From the NCBI GenBank assembly GCA_965203135.1, contig CBDBBO010000002.1:641529-705528 (forward strand): DNA of 64,000 nucleotides, read 5' to 3'. Under the pieces are notes generated by a model. That model had not been told where the DNA came from and did no database searches. It saw nothing but the letters and a program-made list of their open reading frames with translations. The stretch is from Dehalococcoidia bacterium. GTDB taxonomy: Bacteria > Chloroflexota > Dehalococcoidia > Lucifugimonadales > CATOSD01. Both the position numbers and the translations under genes were made by a program. The number at the start of each line of letters is the position of its first letter. The first letter of the stretch is position 1. Below, piece after piece: positions 9,198 to 18,861 of the stretch.

Positions 9198-9268
9198 CAA
9201 CCATCTTGAAGTACACGTACATCCGTGCTATTATCCCCTGTGGTAGGGGCGGGTTGCAAACCTGCCCG
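9198..9268 (+). promoter_or_regulatory. Promoter module copy A core: TTGAAG-N17-TATTAT plus 5' GC hairpin
   Basis: -35 TTGAAG at 9206..9211, a 17-nt spacer ending in CGTGC, -10 TATTAT at 9229..9234. Hairpin GGGGCGGGTTGCAAACCTGCCCG at 9246..9268. Faces BNR paralog 2. Confidence 0.45.
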
Positions 9269-9396
9269 CGTGAGGGACCGACCCCGCAGCCCGGAATCCC
9301 TGTCCCATTTACGGGTAAGTACCCAGGCATACGTAGGGCGTCCTGTGGCGGTGAAGTCCCTGTCCCATTCTGCCACGCAGTAGGGCGTTATTGCCC

Positions 9397-9487
9397 CAGA
9401 ATGCCCAGGCCGGCGGGACAGAATTGAGCACCATCACCGCCACTCCCAGCTACGAATCGCACAGAATGACGCAGAATTAGACAGAAT
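9397..9487 (+). promoter_or_regulatory. Array of CAGAAT direct repeats, three of them exactly 10 nt apart, preceded by a CCCAGCTACG box
   Basis: CAGAAT at 9397, 9419, 9462, 9472 and 9482, plus ACGAAT at 9452. Box CCCAGCTACG at 9445..9454. Located between the distal (9206) and proximal (9568) promoter candidates. Confidence 0.5.
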
Positions 9488-9567
9488 TCGCCCCCCTCGC
9501 CTTCACGAGAACAGCGGTTTGGGGGCGCCAGGTAGTCTGAAGCGGACTTACACGGGCCTGGTCTCGG

Positions 9568-9596
9568 TTGACGCCGCCAACCGCCGGTGCTAACGT
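9568..9596 (+). promoter_or_regulatory. Proximal sigma70-like promoter of BNR paralog 2
   Basis: TTGACG (9568..9573), 17 nt ending in GTGC, TAACGT (9591..9596). About 44 nt upstream of ATG 9640. Confidence 0.35.
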
Positions 9597-9639
9597 CAAG
9601 GCCTGTCTACCCGACCCTAGCGAACCCTGGAGGCTATCC

Positions 9640-12600
9640 ATGGCAGCCATCGACCAGAAGCTCTACGACGCCCTCGAATGGCGATGCATCGGCCCTTTCC
9701 GAGCGGGCAGAGTCGTCGCGGTCGCGGGCGACCCGGTCCACCAGGGGACATTCTACTTTGGCGCGTGTTCCGGCGGCGTCTGGAAGACCGAGGACGGCGG
9801 CACCAACTGGCTCAACGTCTCCGACGGCCAATTCAACGTGGCCTCCGTGGGCGCGGTCGCCGTGTCCGACTCCGACCCCAACGTAATCTACGTGGGAACC
9901 GGCGAGTCCTGCATCCGCCAGAACGTGTCTCACGGCGACGGCGTGTACAAGTCCACGGACGGCGGCGACACCTGGCGAAACGTCGGACTGGAGCGCACCC
10001 GCCACATAGCGCGCGTGCGAGTCCACCCGCAAGACCCGGACTTGGTCTACGTCGCCGCATTCGGCCACGCATACGGGCGCAACCCCGAGCGGGGCGTCTA
10101 CCGCTCTAAGGACGGCGGCGAGACCTGGGAGCTGGTGCTGCACAAGAGCGACCGCGCCGGCGCGGTGGACATCTCGATGGACGCCAACAACCCCCGCGTC
10201 CTGTACGCCGCCATCTACCAGGCCCAGCGATACCCCTGGATACACGAGAGCGGCGGCGAGGACAGCGGCCTGTACAAGTCCACGGACGGCGGCGACACTT
10301 GGGAGAACATCTCCTCCCGCCCCGGTATGCCCGAGGGCATCATGGGCAGAATCGGCGTGGCGGCGTCCCCGGCCAGGCCCGGCCGCGTGTGGGCGCTCAT
10401 CGAGTCACAGAAGGGCGGCCTCTTCCGTTCCGACGACGGCGGCGCCAACTGGGAGCTCCTGACCGACACCGGCGACATTCGCGGCCGCCCGTGGTACTAC
10501 ACCCACATCTTCGCCGACCCCCAGGACGCTGAGACGGTCTACGCCCTCGAGTTCTCGGCCTGGCGCTCCATCGACGGCGGGCGCAATTTCTCGCTCATGC
10601 CGACACCGCACGGCGACAATCACGACTTGTGGATAGACCCGCACAACCCTCAGCGAATGATTGAGGGCAACGACGGCGGTGCCTGCGTCACATACAACGG
10701 CGGGCTCTCCTGGTCGTCCATCTACAACCAGCCGACCGGCCAGTACTACCACGTGGTCACCGACGACCAGTTCCCCTACCGGGTCTACGGCGCACAGCAG
10801 GACAATCTCACCATGAGCGTTCCCAGCCGGTCGCGCGCCGGCGTCATCGGCGCCGCCGAACTGTACCAAGTGGCCGGAGGCGAGGCCGGATTCGTCGCTG
10901 TGAACCAGGAGGACTCGAACATCGTTTATAGCGCCCACAGCGGAAGCACCCAGCTCACCCGCTACGACCACAGCACCGGCCAGGCCAAGGACGTTGACCC
11001 GTGGCCGGAGGCATCGCGCGCCTTGGGCGCTATCGACCTCAAGTACCGGTTCGCATGGACGGCGCCCATCGTCATCTCACCGCACGACCAGAAGACGGTC
11101 TACATCACCGGCAACCACATCTTCCGCACTCGCAACGAGGGCGATAGCTGGGAGATCATCAGCCCCGACCTCACGCGCAACGACGACAGCAAGCTACAGG
11201 TCTCCGGCGGCCCCATAACACTGGAGGGCGGCACAGCCGAGATCTATTGCACCGTCTTCGCGTTTGCCGAATCGACCGTGACGCCGGGCTTGCTGTGGGC
11301 CGGTTCGGATGACGGCCTCGTACACGTCTCCCGCGACGACGGCGAGACCTGGGAGAACGTCACTCCTCCCGGCATGGGCGAGTGGGCAATGGTCGCGTCC
11401 GTAGAACCGTCTCCCCACGACGAGGCCACCGCCTATGTCGCCGCTCACCGCTACAGGCTGGACGACACCGGCCTCTACGTGTTCAAGACGACCGACTACG
11501 GCAAGACCTGGACGTCCATCGCCGACGGCATTCCCGACGGCGACTTCGCCCGCGTCGTCCGCGAGGACCCGGCGAAGCGCGGCCTGCTCTACGCGGGCAC
11601 CGAGACCGGCGTGTACGTCTCGTTCGACGACGGCGCAAACTGGAATCCGCTCAGCCTCAACCTGCCCGCCGTGCCGGTGCACGACCTGGTCGTGAAGAAC
11701 AACGACCTCGTGATCGCGTCCCACGGCCGCTCGTTCTGGATTCTGGACGACGTGTCGCCTCTGCGCCAGATAAGCGACGATGTTGACAGCGACTCGGCCC
11801 ACCTGTTCGCGCCCGGAGCGGCCTACCGCTTCCCCCTGTACCCCGGATATGTCGCGCCGGAGTACGTCGCCAACCCGCGTACCGGGCGCGAATACCAGGG
11901 GCCGAACCCGCTGGTGAACACTTACGACCAGACCGTTAACCCCGACGGCGAGGTTACGCGAGTATACCTGGACGGCGGACAGAACCCGCCCGACGGCGCG
12001 CTGGTGCGCTACTACCTCGCCGGCGCGCCGGAAGGCGCGGTGTCGCTCACATTCCTGGACGGCGACGGCGCGGAGATAGTGTCGTACTCCAGCGACTCTG
12101 ACGGCTCGCCGCGTGTCCGCGCCAATGCGGGCATGAACAACTTCGTGTGGGACCTGCGCTACCCCGGCCCCACCACCGTCGAGGGCGAGAGCCTGCACGG
12201 TCTGTCCTACAATTCCATGTTCGCCGGCCCCGAGGCGCCCCCAGGCGCCTACCAGGTGCGGCTGGACGTGGACGGCCAGAGCATCGTCCAACAGTTCGAG
12301 ATACGCCCGGACCCGCGCATCGCCACCACGCCGGAGCAGTACCGCGCCCAACACGAGCTGCTCAGCGGCATCCGCGACAAGATTTCGGAAACCCACGAAG
12401 CCGTCAACCGCCTGCGCCGCGTGCGCGTCCAGGTCGACGAGTGGGAGCGCCGCGCCGCCGGAGGCTCGGCCGCCGAGCCGGTGGCAGAAGCGGCCACGGC
12501 TATCAAGGAGAAGCTGTCGGACATCGAGGGCGAGCTCATCTCGATGCGCAGGCCCGGCAACGGGCGCATGTCCACCCGCCTCAACACCCAGCTCGCCAGT

Positions 12601-12792
12601 CTGTCCAAGGTCGTCAGCCGCGCGGACGCCGGCCCGACAGAGCAGGCCCTGACCGTTTTCGTGGAGGTGTCGGGCAAGGTCGACACCCAGCTCTCCAGCC
12701 TCCAGGACGTGATCGACGAGGACGTGTCCCTGTTCTCCAACCTGCTCACCGAGCTCGAGGTCCCGGTCATCAACGTGCCTCCTGCTGGCTAG
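9640..12792 (+). CDS. BNR/Asp-box repeat, sortilin-VPS10 / GH74-like double beta-propeller protein (paralog 2), no signal peptide
   Basis: ORF 9568..12792. Start moved to ATG 9640 (GGAGG 7 nt upstream). The Asp-box series (YKSTDGGDTWRNV, YRSKDGGETWELV, ...) and the C-terminal region are collinear with paralogs 1 and 3. Confidence 0.8.
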   Translation: MAAIDQKLYDALEWRCIGPFRAGRVVAVAGDPVHQGTFYFGACSGGVWKTEDGGTNWLNVSDGQFNVASVGAVAVSDSDPNVIYVGTGESCIRQNVSHGDGVYKSTDGGDTWRNVGLERTRHIARVRVHPQDPDLVYVAAFGHAYGRNPERGVYRSKDGGETWELVLHKSDRAGAVDISMDANNPRVLYAAIYQAQRYPWIHESGGEDSGLYKSTDGGDTWENISSRPGMPEGIMGRIGVAASPARPGRVWALIESQKGGLFRSDDGGANWELLTDTGDIRGRPWYYTHIFADPQDAETVYALEFSAWRSIDGGRNFSLMPTPHGDNHDLWIDPHNPQRMIEGNDGGACVTYNGGLSWSSIYNQPTGQYYHVVTDDQFPYRVYGAQQDNLTMSVPSRSRAGVIGAAELYQVAGGEAGFVAVNQEDSNIVYSAHSGSTQLTRYDHSTGQAKDVDPWPEASRALGAIDLKYRFAWTAPIVISPHDQKTVYITGNHIFRTRNEGDSWEIISPDLTRNDDSKLQVSGGPITLEGGTAEIYCTVFAFAESTVTPGLLWAGSDDGLVHVSRDDGETWENVTPPGMGEWAMVASVEPSPHDEATAYVAAHRYRLDDTGLYVFKTTDYGKTWTSIADGIPDGDFARVVREDPAKRGLLYAGTETGVYVSFDDGANWNPLSLNLPAVPVHDLVVKNNDLVIASHGRSFWILDDVSPLRQISDDVDSDSAHLFAPGAAYRFPLYPGYVAPEYVANPRTGREYQGPNPLVNTYDQTVNPDGEVTRVYLDGGQNPPDGALVRYYLAGAPEGAVSLTFLDGDGAEIVSYSSDSDGSPRVRANAGMNNFVWDLRYPGPTTVEGESLHGLSYNSMFAGPEAPPGAYQVRLDVDGQSIVQQFEIRPDPRIATTPEQYRAQHELLSGIRDKISETHEAVNRLRRVRVQVDEWERRAAGGSAAEPVAEAATAIKEKLSDIEGELISMRRPGNGRMSTRLNTQLASLSKVVSRADAGPTEQALTVFVEVSGKVDTQLSSLQDVIDEDVSLFSNLLTELEVPVINVPPAG

Positions 12793-12823
12793 AGTCAACC
12801 CCTGAGGATGACGGATCAACGTA

Positions 12824-12850
12824 GGGGCGGGTTTGAAACCCGCCCCTTTT
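12824..12850 (+). terminator. Rho-independent terminator / REP type-2 hairpin
   Basis: GGGGCGGGTTTGAAACCCGCCCC followed by TTTT, 32 nt after the stop codon of the 9640..12792 gene. Confidence 0.6.
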
Positions 12851-12865
12851 CGGAGTCAACCAGCA

Positions 12866-13597
12866 ATGAAACAAAACCGCCTCTACGATGAGTTCGCCCA
12901 CATGTGGCCGCTCATCAGCCCGCCGCATCACTACGCCGAGGAGGCGTCGTACTGGCGGGAGGCCCTGCGCGACAAGCTCGGCCCTGGCCGGCACGAAATC
13001 CTTGAGCTCGGCGTCGGCGGAGGACACAACCTCTCCCACCTAACCGCCGACTTCGAAGCCACCGCCGTCGATCTGTCCGAGAAGATGCTCGCCAACTCCC
13101 GGCGGCTCAACCCCGGCGTCGAGCACCACGTAGGCGACATGCGCACCGTCCGCCTTGAACGAACCTTCGACGCCGTGCTTATCCACGACGCCATCGGCTA
13201 CATGCTCACGGAGGACGACCTGCGCGCTGCGTTCGCCACGGCGCGCGCCCACCTCAGGCCCGGCGGCGTCTTCATCACCACGCCCGACGACTTCGCCGAG
13301 ACCTTCCCCGGCACCTGGGTGTCGCACCACAGCGAGAAGCGCGACGACCTCGAGTTCACCTTCATCGAGTACAACTACGACGCCGACCCCGACGACAACA
13401 CGGTGCAGTCTCTCTTCTTCTACATCTGGAACAGAGGGGGCGAGCTGACCATCGAGCAGGACTTCCACGTCACGAGCCTCTACCCCATCGCGACCTGGGA
13501 GCGCCTCATGTCAGAGGCCGGGTTCCGCGTCGAGAAGCGCCCGTACCCCGTCCACGAGGACGGGCGCGATTCCTACATGCTGGTCGGCGTGACCTGA
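12866..13597 (+). CDS. Class I SAM-dependent methyltransferase (TylM1/DesVI-like architecture)
   Basis: ILELGVGGGHNL (motif I), DLSEKML, GDMRTVRLERTFDAVLIHDAIGYM, LRPGGVFITTPD. Start at ATG 12866, because the upstream codons are the terminator hairpin. Confidence 0.7.
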   Translation: MKQNRLYDEFAHMWPLISPPHHYAEEASYWREALRDKLGPGRHEILELGVGGGHNLSHLTADFEATAVDLSEKMLANSRRLNPGVEHHVGDMRTVRLERTFDAVLIHDAIGYMLTEDDLRAAFATARAHLRPGGVFITTPDDFAETFPGTWVSHHSEKRDDLEFTFIEYNYDADPDDNTVQSLFFYIWNRGGELTIEQDFHVTSLYPIATWERLMSEAGFRVEKRPYPVHEDGRDSYMLVGVT

Positions 13598-13608
13598 GAG
13601 CGCCGCAC

Positions 13609-13638
13609 TTGCCCGGCGTGGGAGTCCATAGCTATAAT
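13609..13638 (+). promoter_or_regulatory. sigma70-like promoter TTGCCC-N18-TATAAT
   Basis: -35 at 13609..13614 and -10 at 13633..13638. Strong RBS AGGAGGTGAGG before ATG 13680. Confidence 0.4.
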
Positions 13639-13679
13639 CGCGCCAAACCAAAAGAAGTGGAGCGACAGGAGGTGAGGAC

Positions 13680-14471
13680 ATGGCAGAGCTAGGCGACATA
13701 ATCATCGGAGACGGCCCCATAAAGTTCGGGCTGGAGTACCGCGACGAGTTGAACGACCAGGGGCTGTGCCTGCACGCGCTGGGCGAGGTGGACGGCGAGG
13801 ACGTCGAGATTCTGCGCTTCGACTGCTTCGACCACGTGCCCCACTACCACTACGGCCCGATGAAGAAGAACGAGCGGCTATTGCTGGACAAGACGACCGA
13901 AGGCGATCCCTTGGAGTGGACGCTCGACCAGCTCCGCAACCGCCTCGGCGAGATGTACTCCCGCGCCGGCTACGAAGACCTCGCTGCCGGCGCCGACACG
14001 GACGCGCTGTCCGCCACGCTGGACGAAGTCGAGGCGAAGGCCCGCCAGATGTCCCGCGACAACCGCAGCACCGTGGTCCACAACCGCGGCGATGTCATCG
14101 TCGAGGCCGGGCCGGTGCGGTTCGGAATCGAGTTCCGCGAGCTGGCCAACGACCGCGGCGTGGCGATTCACGTGCTGGGCGACGTCGGCAACGAGGAGCA
14201 CGAGCTGCTCACCTTCGACTGCTTCGAGGTCGCGCCGCACTACCACTACGGCCCGCGCGCCAAGAACCAGCGGCTGTACCTGGACATGACCACCGCGCCC
14301 GATCCGCTGCGCTGGGCGCTCGATCTGTTCAGGGGCGGCAAGCTCGCCCCCATGCTAGAGCGCGCCGGCTACCCGGACCACGCCGCCGGCCTCAAGCCGT
14401 CCGTCATAGCGGCCAGGCTGGACGAGGTAGAGTCCGCGTCCTTGGAGCTCCAGTCCGCCAACGCCAAGTAG
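13680..14471 (+). CDS. Hypothetical protein made of two tandem ~130-aa homologous domains (FDCF-x3-PHYHYGP motif)
   Basis: The two halves align end to end, e.g. GDIIIGDGPIKFGLEYR...LRFDCFDHVPHYHYGP...DPLEWTL...RAGYEDLAAG...LDEVEA versus GDVIVEAGPVRFGIEFR...LTFDCFEVAPHYHYGP...DPLRWAL...RAGYPDHAAG...LDEVES. I do not recognise the family. Confidence 0.65.
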   Translation: MAELGDIIIGDGPIKFGLEYRDELNDQGLCLHALGEVDGEDVEILRFDCFDHVPHYHYGPMKKNERLLLDKTTEGDPLEWTLDQLRNRLGEMYSRAGYEDLAAGADTDALSATLDEVEAKARQMSRDNRSTVVHNRGDVIVEAGPVRFGIEFRELANDRGVAIHVLGDVGNEEHELLTFDCFEVAPHYHYGPRAKNQRLYLDMTTAPDPLRWALDLFRGGKLAPMLERAGYPDHAAGLKPSVIAARLDEVESASLELQSANAK

Positions 14472-14504
14472 CAGCCGAATCCCAGGCTGCGTTTGGACGC
14501 GGCC

Positions 14505-15833
14505 CTACTGTAACCGGCGCAGCCTGGGAGAGAACACGAGCACGCAAGTCACGGTGGCGATTAGCATCCCCGCGAGTATGCCGATCGCCACCTGGCCGCC
14601 CAGCCAGTCCACCACGACACCCACGGGCAGCACCGCGAGCGGCATCAGCCCGAAGTTCATCATGAACACGCTCATCACTCGCCCCCGGTACTGGTCCTCG
14701 GACACTTCCATTATGAGGGACTGATTAAGCGCGCGGCGTCCCGCATCGCCTAGCCCAAGCAACACCATGAACCCCACGGCCCAGGCGTAGTAGGGAATCG
14801 CCGACACCAGCGCCAACGCTATGCCGGATGCGAAGCTCGCCCCAATCAGAATCAGCCCGCGGTTGCGCTTGCCGAGCGACGCAATGTACAACGAGCCGAT
14901 GAGCGAGCCGCCGCCCATGACTGCCGTGAGCAGCCCCATCGCCTCCGGGCCGCGCATGTAAATGTCCACCACGAACACAGGAAGCAGAAAGCGGAAGGGT
15001 ATCGCCAGCAGCGTTGTGGCCAACCCTATGAACAGAAGCGTCCGCACCAGTGGGCTGGCCAGAATGTACGAGAACCCTGCCCGAATCTGCTCCACCGCGC
15101 TTCCTGCGCCCCTGCCGGACGTGCCGCGTCCTCCAGGTATGAACGTCGTGAGTACTACCGAAAGTAGCCCCAGCGCGGTGATGATGTAGTAGACCCGGTC
15201 CGGCCCCAGCAGCGCGTAGGCGTTGCCCGCGATCGCCGGCGCGACGAGCGTGGTCACGCTCATGGCCGCGGCGTTAAGCGCCATCGCGTTCGTCAGCAGG
15301 TCCCTGCCCACCATCTGCGGTATGATCGCCTGCCTCGCCGGCCCCATCAGCGCGAACAGCACCCCCTGGAGCACCGACGCCGTGAGCAGGTGGTACCACG
15401 TCACCGTGCCAGTTGTTATGGATACGCCAACGCCCAGGGCGATGAGCAACGCCCCCACCTGGCCCGCCTGGATGATGCGCTTGCGGTCCACCCTGTCGGC
15501 GATCACCCCTCCGAACAACACCAGGCTCAGCATCGGCACCGAAGACCCTGCGTTGACTATTCCGAGAATCGTGGCGCGGTCGGTGAGGTCGTATACCAGG
15601 TAGCCCCTGGCGAGCATCTGCATCTGCATACCCGCCATGATCGCCAGTTGCCCAAGCCACAAGAAAAGGAAATGCCGGTTGGACAGCGACCTGAACGAAT
15701 TTCGCCAACCGCCTTCAGTGCCCGCATCCGGCAGCCGTTGCGTCGTCCCGGCGGCGGCGCGAGGACGCGGCGAACGCGCGCCGCCGCTTGCGCCTATACT
15801 ATCGGGAGGCGCCGGGCCGTCGCTATCGTTCAT
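14505..15833 (-). CDS. MFS transporter
   Basis: About 12 predicted TM segments and an MFS signature-like GVIADRVDRKRII. The start is uncertain (ATG 15833 or 15878) because the N-terminus is Pro/Ala/Gly-rich. Confidence 0.7.
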   Translation of the reverse strand: MNDSDGPAPPDSIGASGGARSPRPRAAAGTTQRLPDAGTEGGWRNSFRSLSNRHFLFLWLGQLAIMAGMQMQMLARGYLVYDLTDRATILGIVNAGSSVPMLSLVLFGGVIADRVDRKRIIQAGQVGALLIALGVGVSITTGTVTWYHLLTASVLQGVLFALMGPARQAIIPQMVGRDLLTNAMALNAAAMSVTTLVAPAIAGNAYALLGPDRVYYIITALGLLSVVLTTFIPGGRGTSGRGAGSAVEQIRAGFSYILASPLVRTLLFIGLATTLLAIPFRFLLPVFVVDIYMRGPEAMGLLTAVMGGGSLIGSLYIASLGKRNRGLILIGASFASGIALALVSAIPYYAWAVGFMVLLGLGDAGRRALNQSLIMEVSEDQYRGRVMSVFMMNFGLMPLAVLPVGVVVDWLGGQVAIGILAGMLIATVTCVLVFSPRLRRLQ

Positions 15834-16116
15834 CGAGTCTGTCTGCCATAGAGCACGCGGGGTTGTAGGGAGGCGCAAGGCGTCGGGGAATCGTGGGGAA
15901 GAAGGTTATGGGCCCGGGCTGCGCGCGACGCTCATTCACGACCAGCGCGACAGGCGCGCGCAGGTGTTCAACCCGGGCCCGCTTTAACCTGCACGGAGCG
16001 GCCGCCAGTACGGGCACAGACTTGCCCACGGCTCGCTTCCCTGCGATGATACCATACGTACCCATCGGTTTGCAGCGAACCGGAGCCGGTGAGTTACACC
16101 ACAGCCGAACGGAGGT

Positions 16117-17210
<1,094 letters not shown>

Positions 17211-17211
<1 letters not shown>

Positions 17212-17279
17212 TCCCTTACCCCTTGAAACGGGAAGGCTAGAGCCTGTCCCGTTCTCGATACGGGGATGGGGGTGAGGAC
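17211..17279. repeat. REP-like hairpin pair (type 1 variant) between convergent genes
   Basis: CCCTTACCCCTTGAAACGGGAAGG ... GTCCCGTTCTCGATACGGGGATGGGGGTGAGGAC. It shares the GGATGGGGGTGA tail of the type-1 family. Confidence 0.5.
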
Positions 17280-17286
17280 GCAGCCC

Positions 17287-18078
17287 CTACACCACCGCCG
17301 ATGTGCCGCCGTCGATGTTGATCGCCACTCCGGTAATGTAGCTCGCACGCTCGGACGCCAGGAATGCGATAAGCTCGCCCGCTTCCTCGGCCTCGCCCAC
17401 GCGTCCCAACGGAACGCGACTCCCCATCTGGTCGTACCACTTGTCCAGCGTGAGCTCCGGGTGCTCGGCATTCTGCTGTTCCCAGCGACGCTCGTGCTGA
17501 CCGCTTTTGATGAGGCCGATGCAGACCGTGTTGACCAGTATGTTGTCCGCGGCGTAGTCCTTGGACATCTCCTTCGTCAGGGCGATGCCCGCCGCGCGGC
17601 TCACCGACGTCGGCACGGAGTGCGCCGCCGGGGCCTTGCCGCCTGGCGTCGTTATGTTGATGATGCGCCCGCCGCCCTGCGCCTTCATGTGCGGTATCGC
17701 CAGCCGCGAGCACCGAATCGCGCCGAACACCTTTAGCTCGATGTCGTATCGCCACGTCTCGTCCGACACGTTCTCAAAGTAAGCCGCAGACGACGTTCCC
17801 GCGTTGTTCACCAGTATATCGATGCGCCCGTACGCCTCGATCAGCTGGTCGAACAGCGCCTGAATCTGGTCGGGGTCCGTTACGTCCGTCGGAACGGCCA
17901 TCACGTCTCCGCCCGTCTGCTCCTTTATCTCTGCGGCGGCTCGCTCCAGTACGTCTGCACGGCGAGCGCATATTACGACCTTCGCGCCCTCCAACGCCAT
18001 TACCTTGGCCGCGGCCTTCCCGATGCCGTCGCTGCCGCCCGTGATTAGCGCCACCTTGTCCTTAAGTCCCAGTTCCAT
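17287..18078 (-). CDS. SDR family oxidoreductase
   Basis: TGGSDGIGKA (TGxxxGIG), NNAG, and a YxxxK-type region in a 263-aa classical SDR length. Confidence 0.8.
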   Translation of the reverse strand: MELGLKDKVALITGGSDGIGKAAAKVMALEGAKVVICARRADVLERAAAEIKEQTGGDVMAVPTDVTDPDQIQALFDQLIEAYGRIDILVNNAGTSSAAYFENVSDETWRYDIELKVFGAIRCSRLAIPHMKAQGGGRIINITTPGGKAPAAHSVPTSVSRAAGIALTKEMSKDYAADNILVNTVCIGLIKSGQHERRWEQQNAEHPELTLDKWYDQMGSRVPLGRVGEAEEAGELIAFLASERASYITGVAINIDGGTSAVV

Positions 18079-18212
18079 CTAAAGTCCTCCGTTCCATTAC
18101 TAAGCGATCCCGTGCATCCACCAGCTTGGCTTCCAAATCCAAATACGCCAGGGTACGGGAAATGCAGTGCTTCCCATTCGGTTGCGTCGAAGTCGATCTC
18201 CTTGCATCGAGT

Positions 18213-18575
18213 TTAGAATGCCAAGGGAACAATCTTTGAGCGACTCATCACTCTATCGCGGGTCAGCAGGGGGACATCATGCACGATACTGGTCGCGGCG
18301 ATGATCTCGTCCGCAGGATCGCTGCTAAAATCGAGGCGCGTCGAGGCGAGAGCAACCGCGAGGTCTATGGGCCACACCCTGACGCGGTTCAGGAGGCGAA
18401 CCACCTCTCTGTCGCCGAGATCCAAATCCACTCGGCCCAACTGCACTAGCTTTGCCAACTCCCACAGCACAATGGAGGAAATCGACCATCTTCTCTGTGT
18501 CATAAGCCTCTGCTCACCACGCCGCAGACCTCCGCTAACCGCGAAGATGAGCATATGCGTATCAAGATTGAGCAT
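18213..18575 (-). CDS. vapC: PIN-domain toxin (VapC-like)
   Basis: MLNLDTHMLIF (LDT-type first acidic residue), ELAKL, DPADEIIAATS, PLLTRD. Overlaps the antitoxin stop by 14 nt. Confidence 0.7.
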   Translation of the reverse strand: MLNLDTHMLIFAVSGGLRRGEQRLMTQRRWSISSIVLWELAKLVQLGRVDLDLGDREVVRLLNRVRVWPIDLAVALASTRLDFSSDPADEIIAATSIVHDVPLLTRDRVMSRSKIVPLAF

Positions 18576-18786
18576 CAGCGTTCCAGCGGACTCCAGTCGA
18601 AAATATGTCACCCCTAATCGTGATCTTGTGCTTCAGACTTCCGATGAGGTCGGCCTCATTGCTATCATACGGAAGTACGCGCGCGACTGGCTTTCCGTGC
18701 TTGGTTATCACCAAGCCGTCAACGTCGAGTTGATCCAACAGGGCCAAGCATTGTTCCTTGAATTTTGCGGCGCCTATTCTCTTCAC
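18562..18786 (-). CDS. Type II antitoxin (Phd/YefM-like)
   Basis: GTG start with GGAGG 7 nt upstream. KFKEQCLALLDQLDVDGLVITKHGKPVARVLP fits the Phd/YefM N-terminal pattern. Lies immediately upstream of the PIN gene. Confidence 0.6.
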   Translation of the reverse strand: MKRIGAAKFKEQCLALLDQLDVDGLVITKHGKPVARVLPYDSNEADLIGSLKHKITIRGDIFSTGVRWNADAQS

Positions 18787-18807
18787 TTCGAAGCCTCCCT
18801 AATCTAA

Positions 18808-18819
18808 ATATGGCCATAT
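18808..18819. promoter_or_regulatory. Perfect 12-bp palindrome ATATGGCCATAT in the vapBC promoter region (candidate operator)
   Basis: Adjacent to a TATAAT-like CATATAATATGG on the minus strand. Palindromes of this size are expected about 15 times by chance in 64 kb, so the position is the only real support. Confidence 0.3.
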
Positions 18820-18861
18820 TATATGACTAGTCGTATCATTTGTCCATATCGCGCGCGTCGC

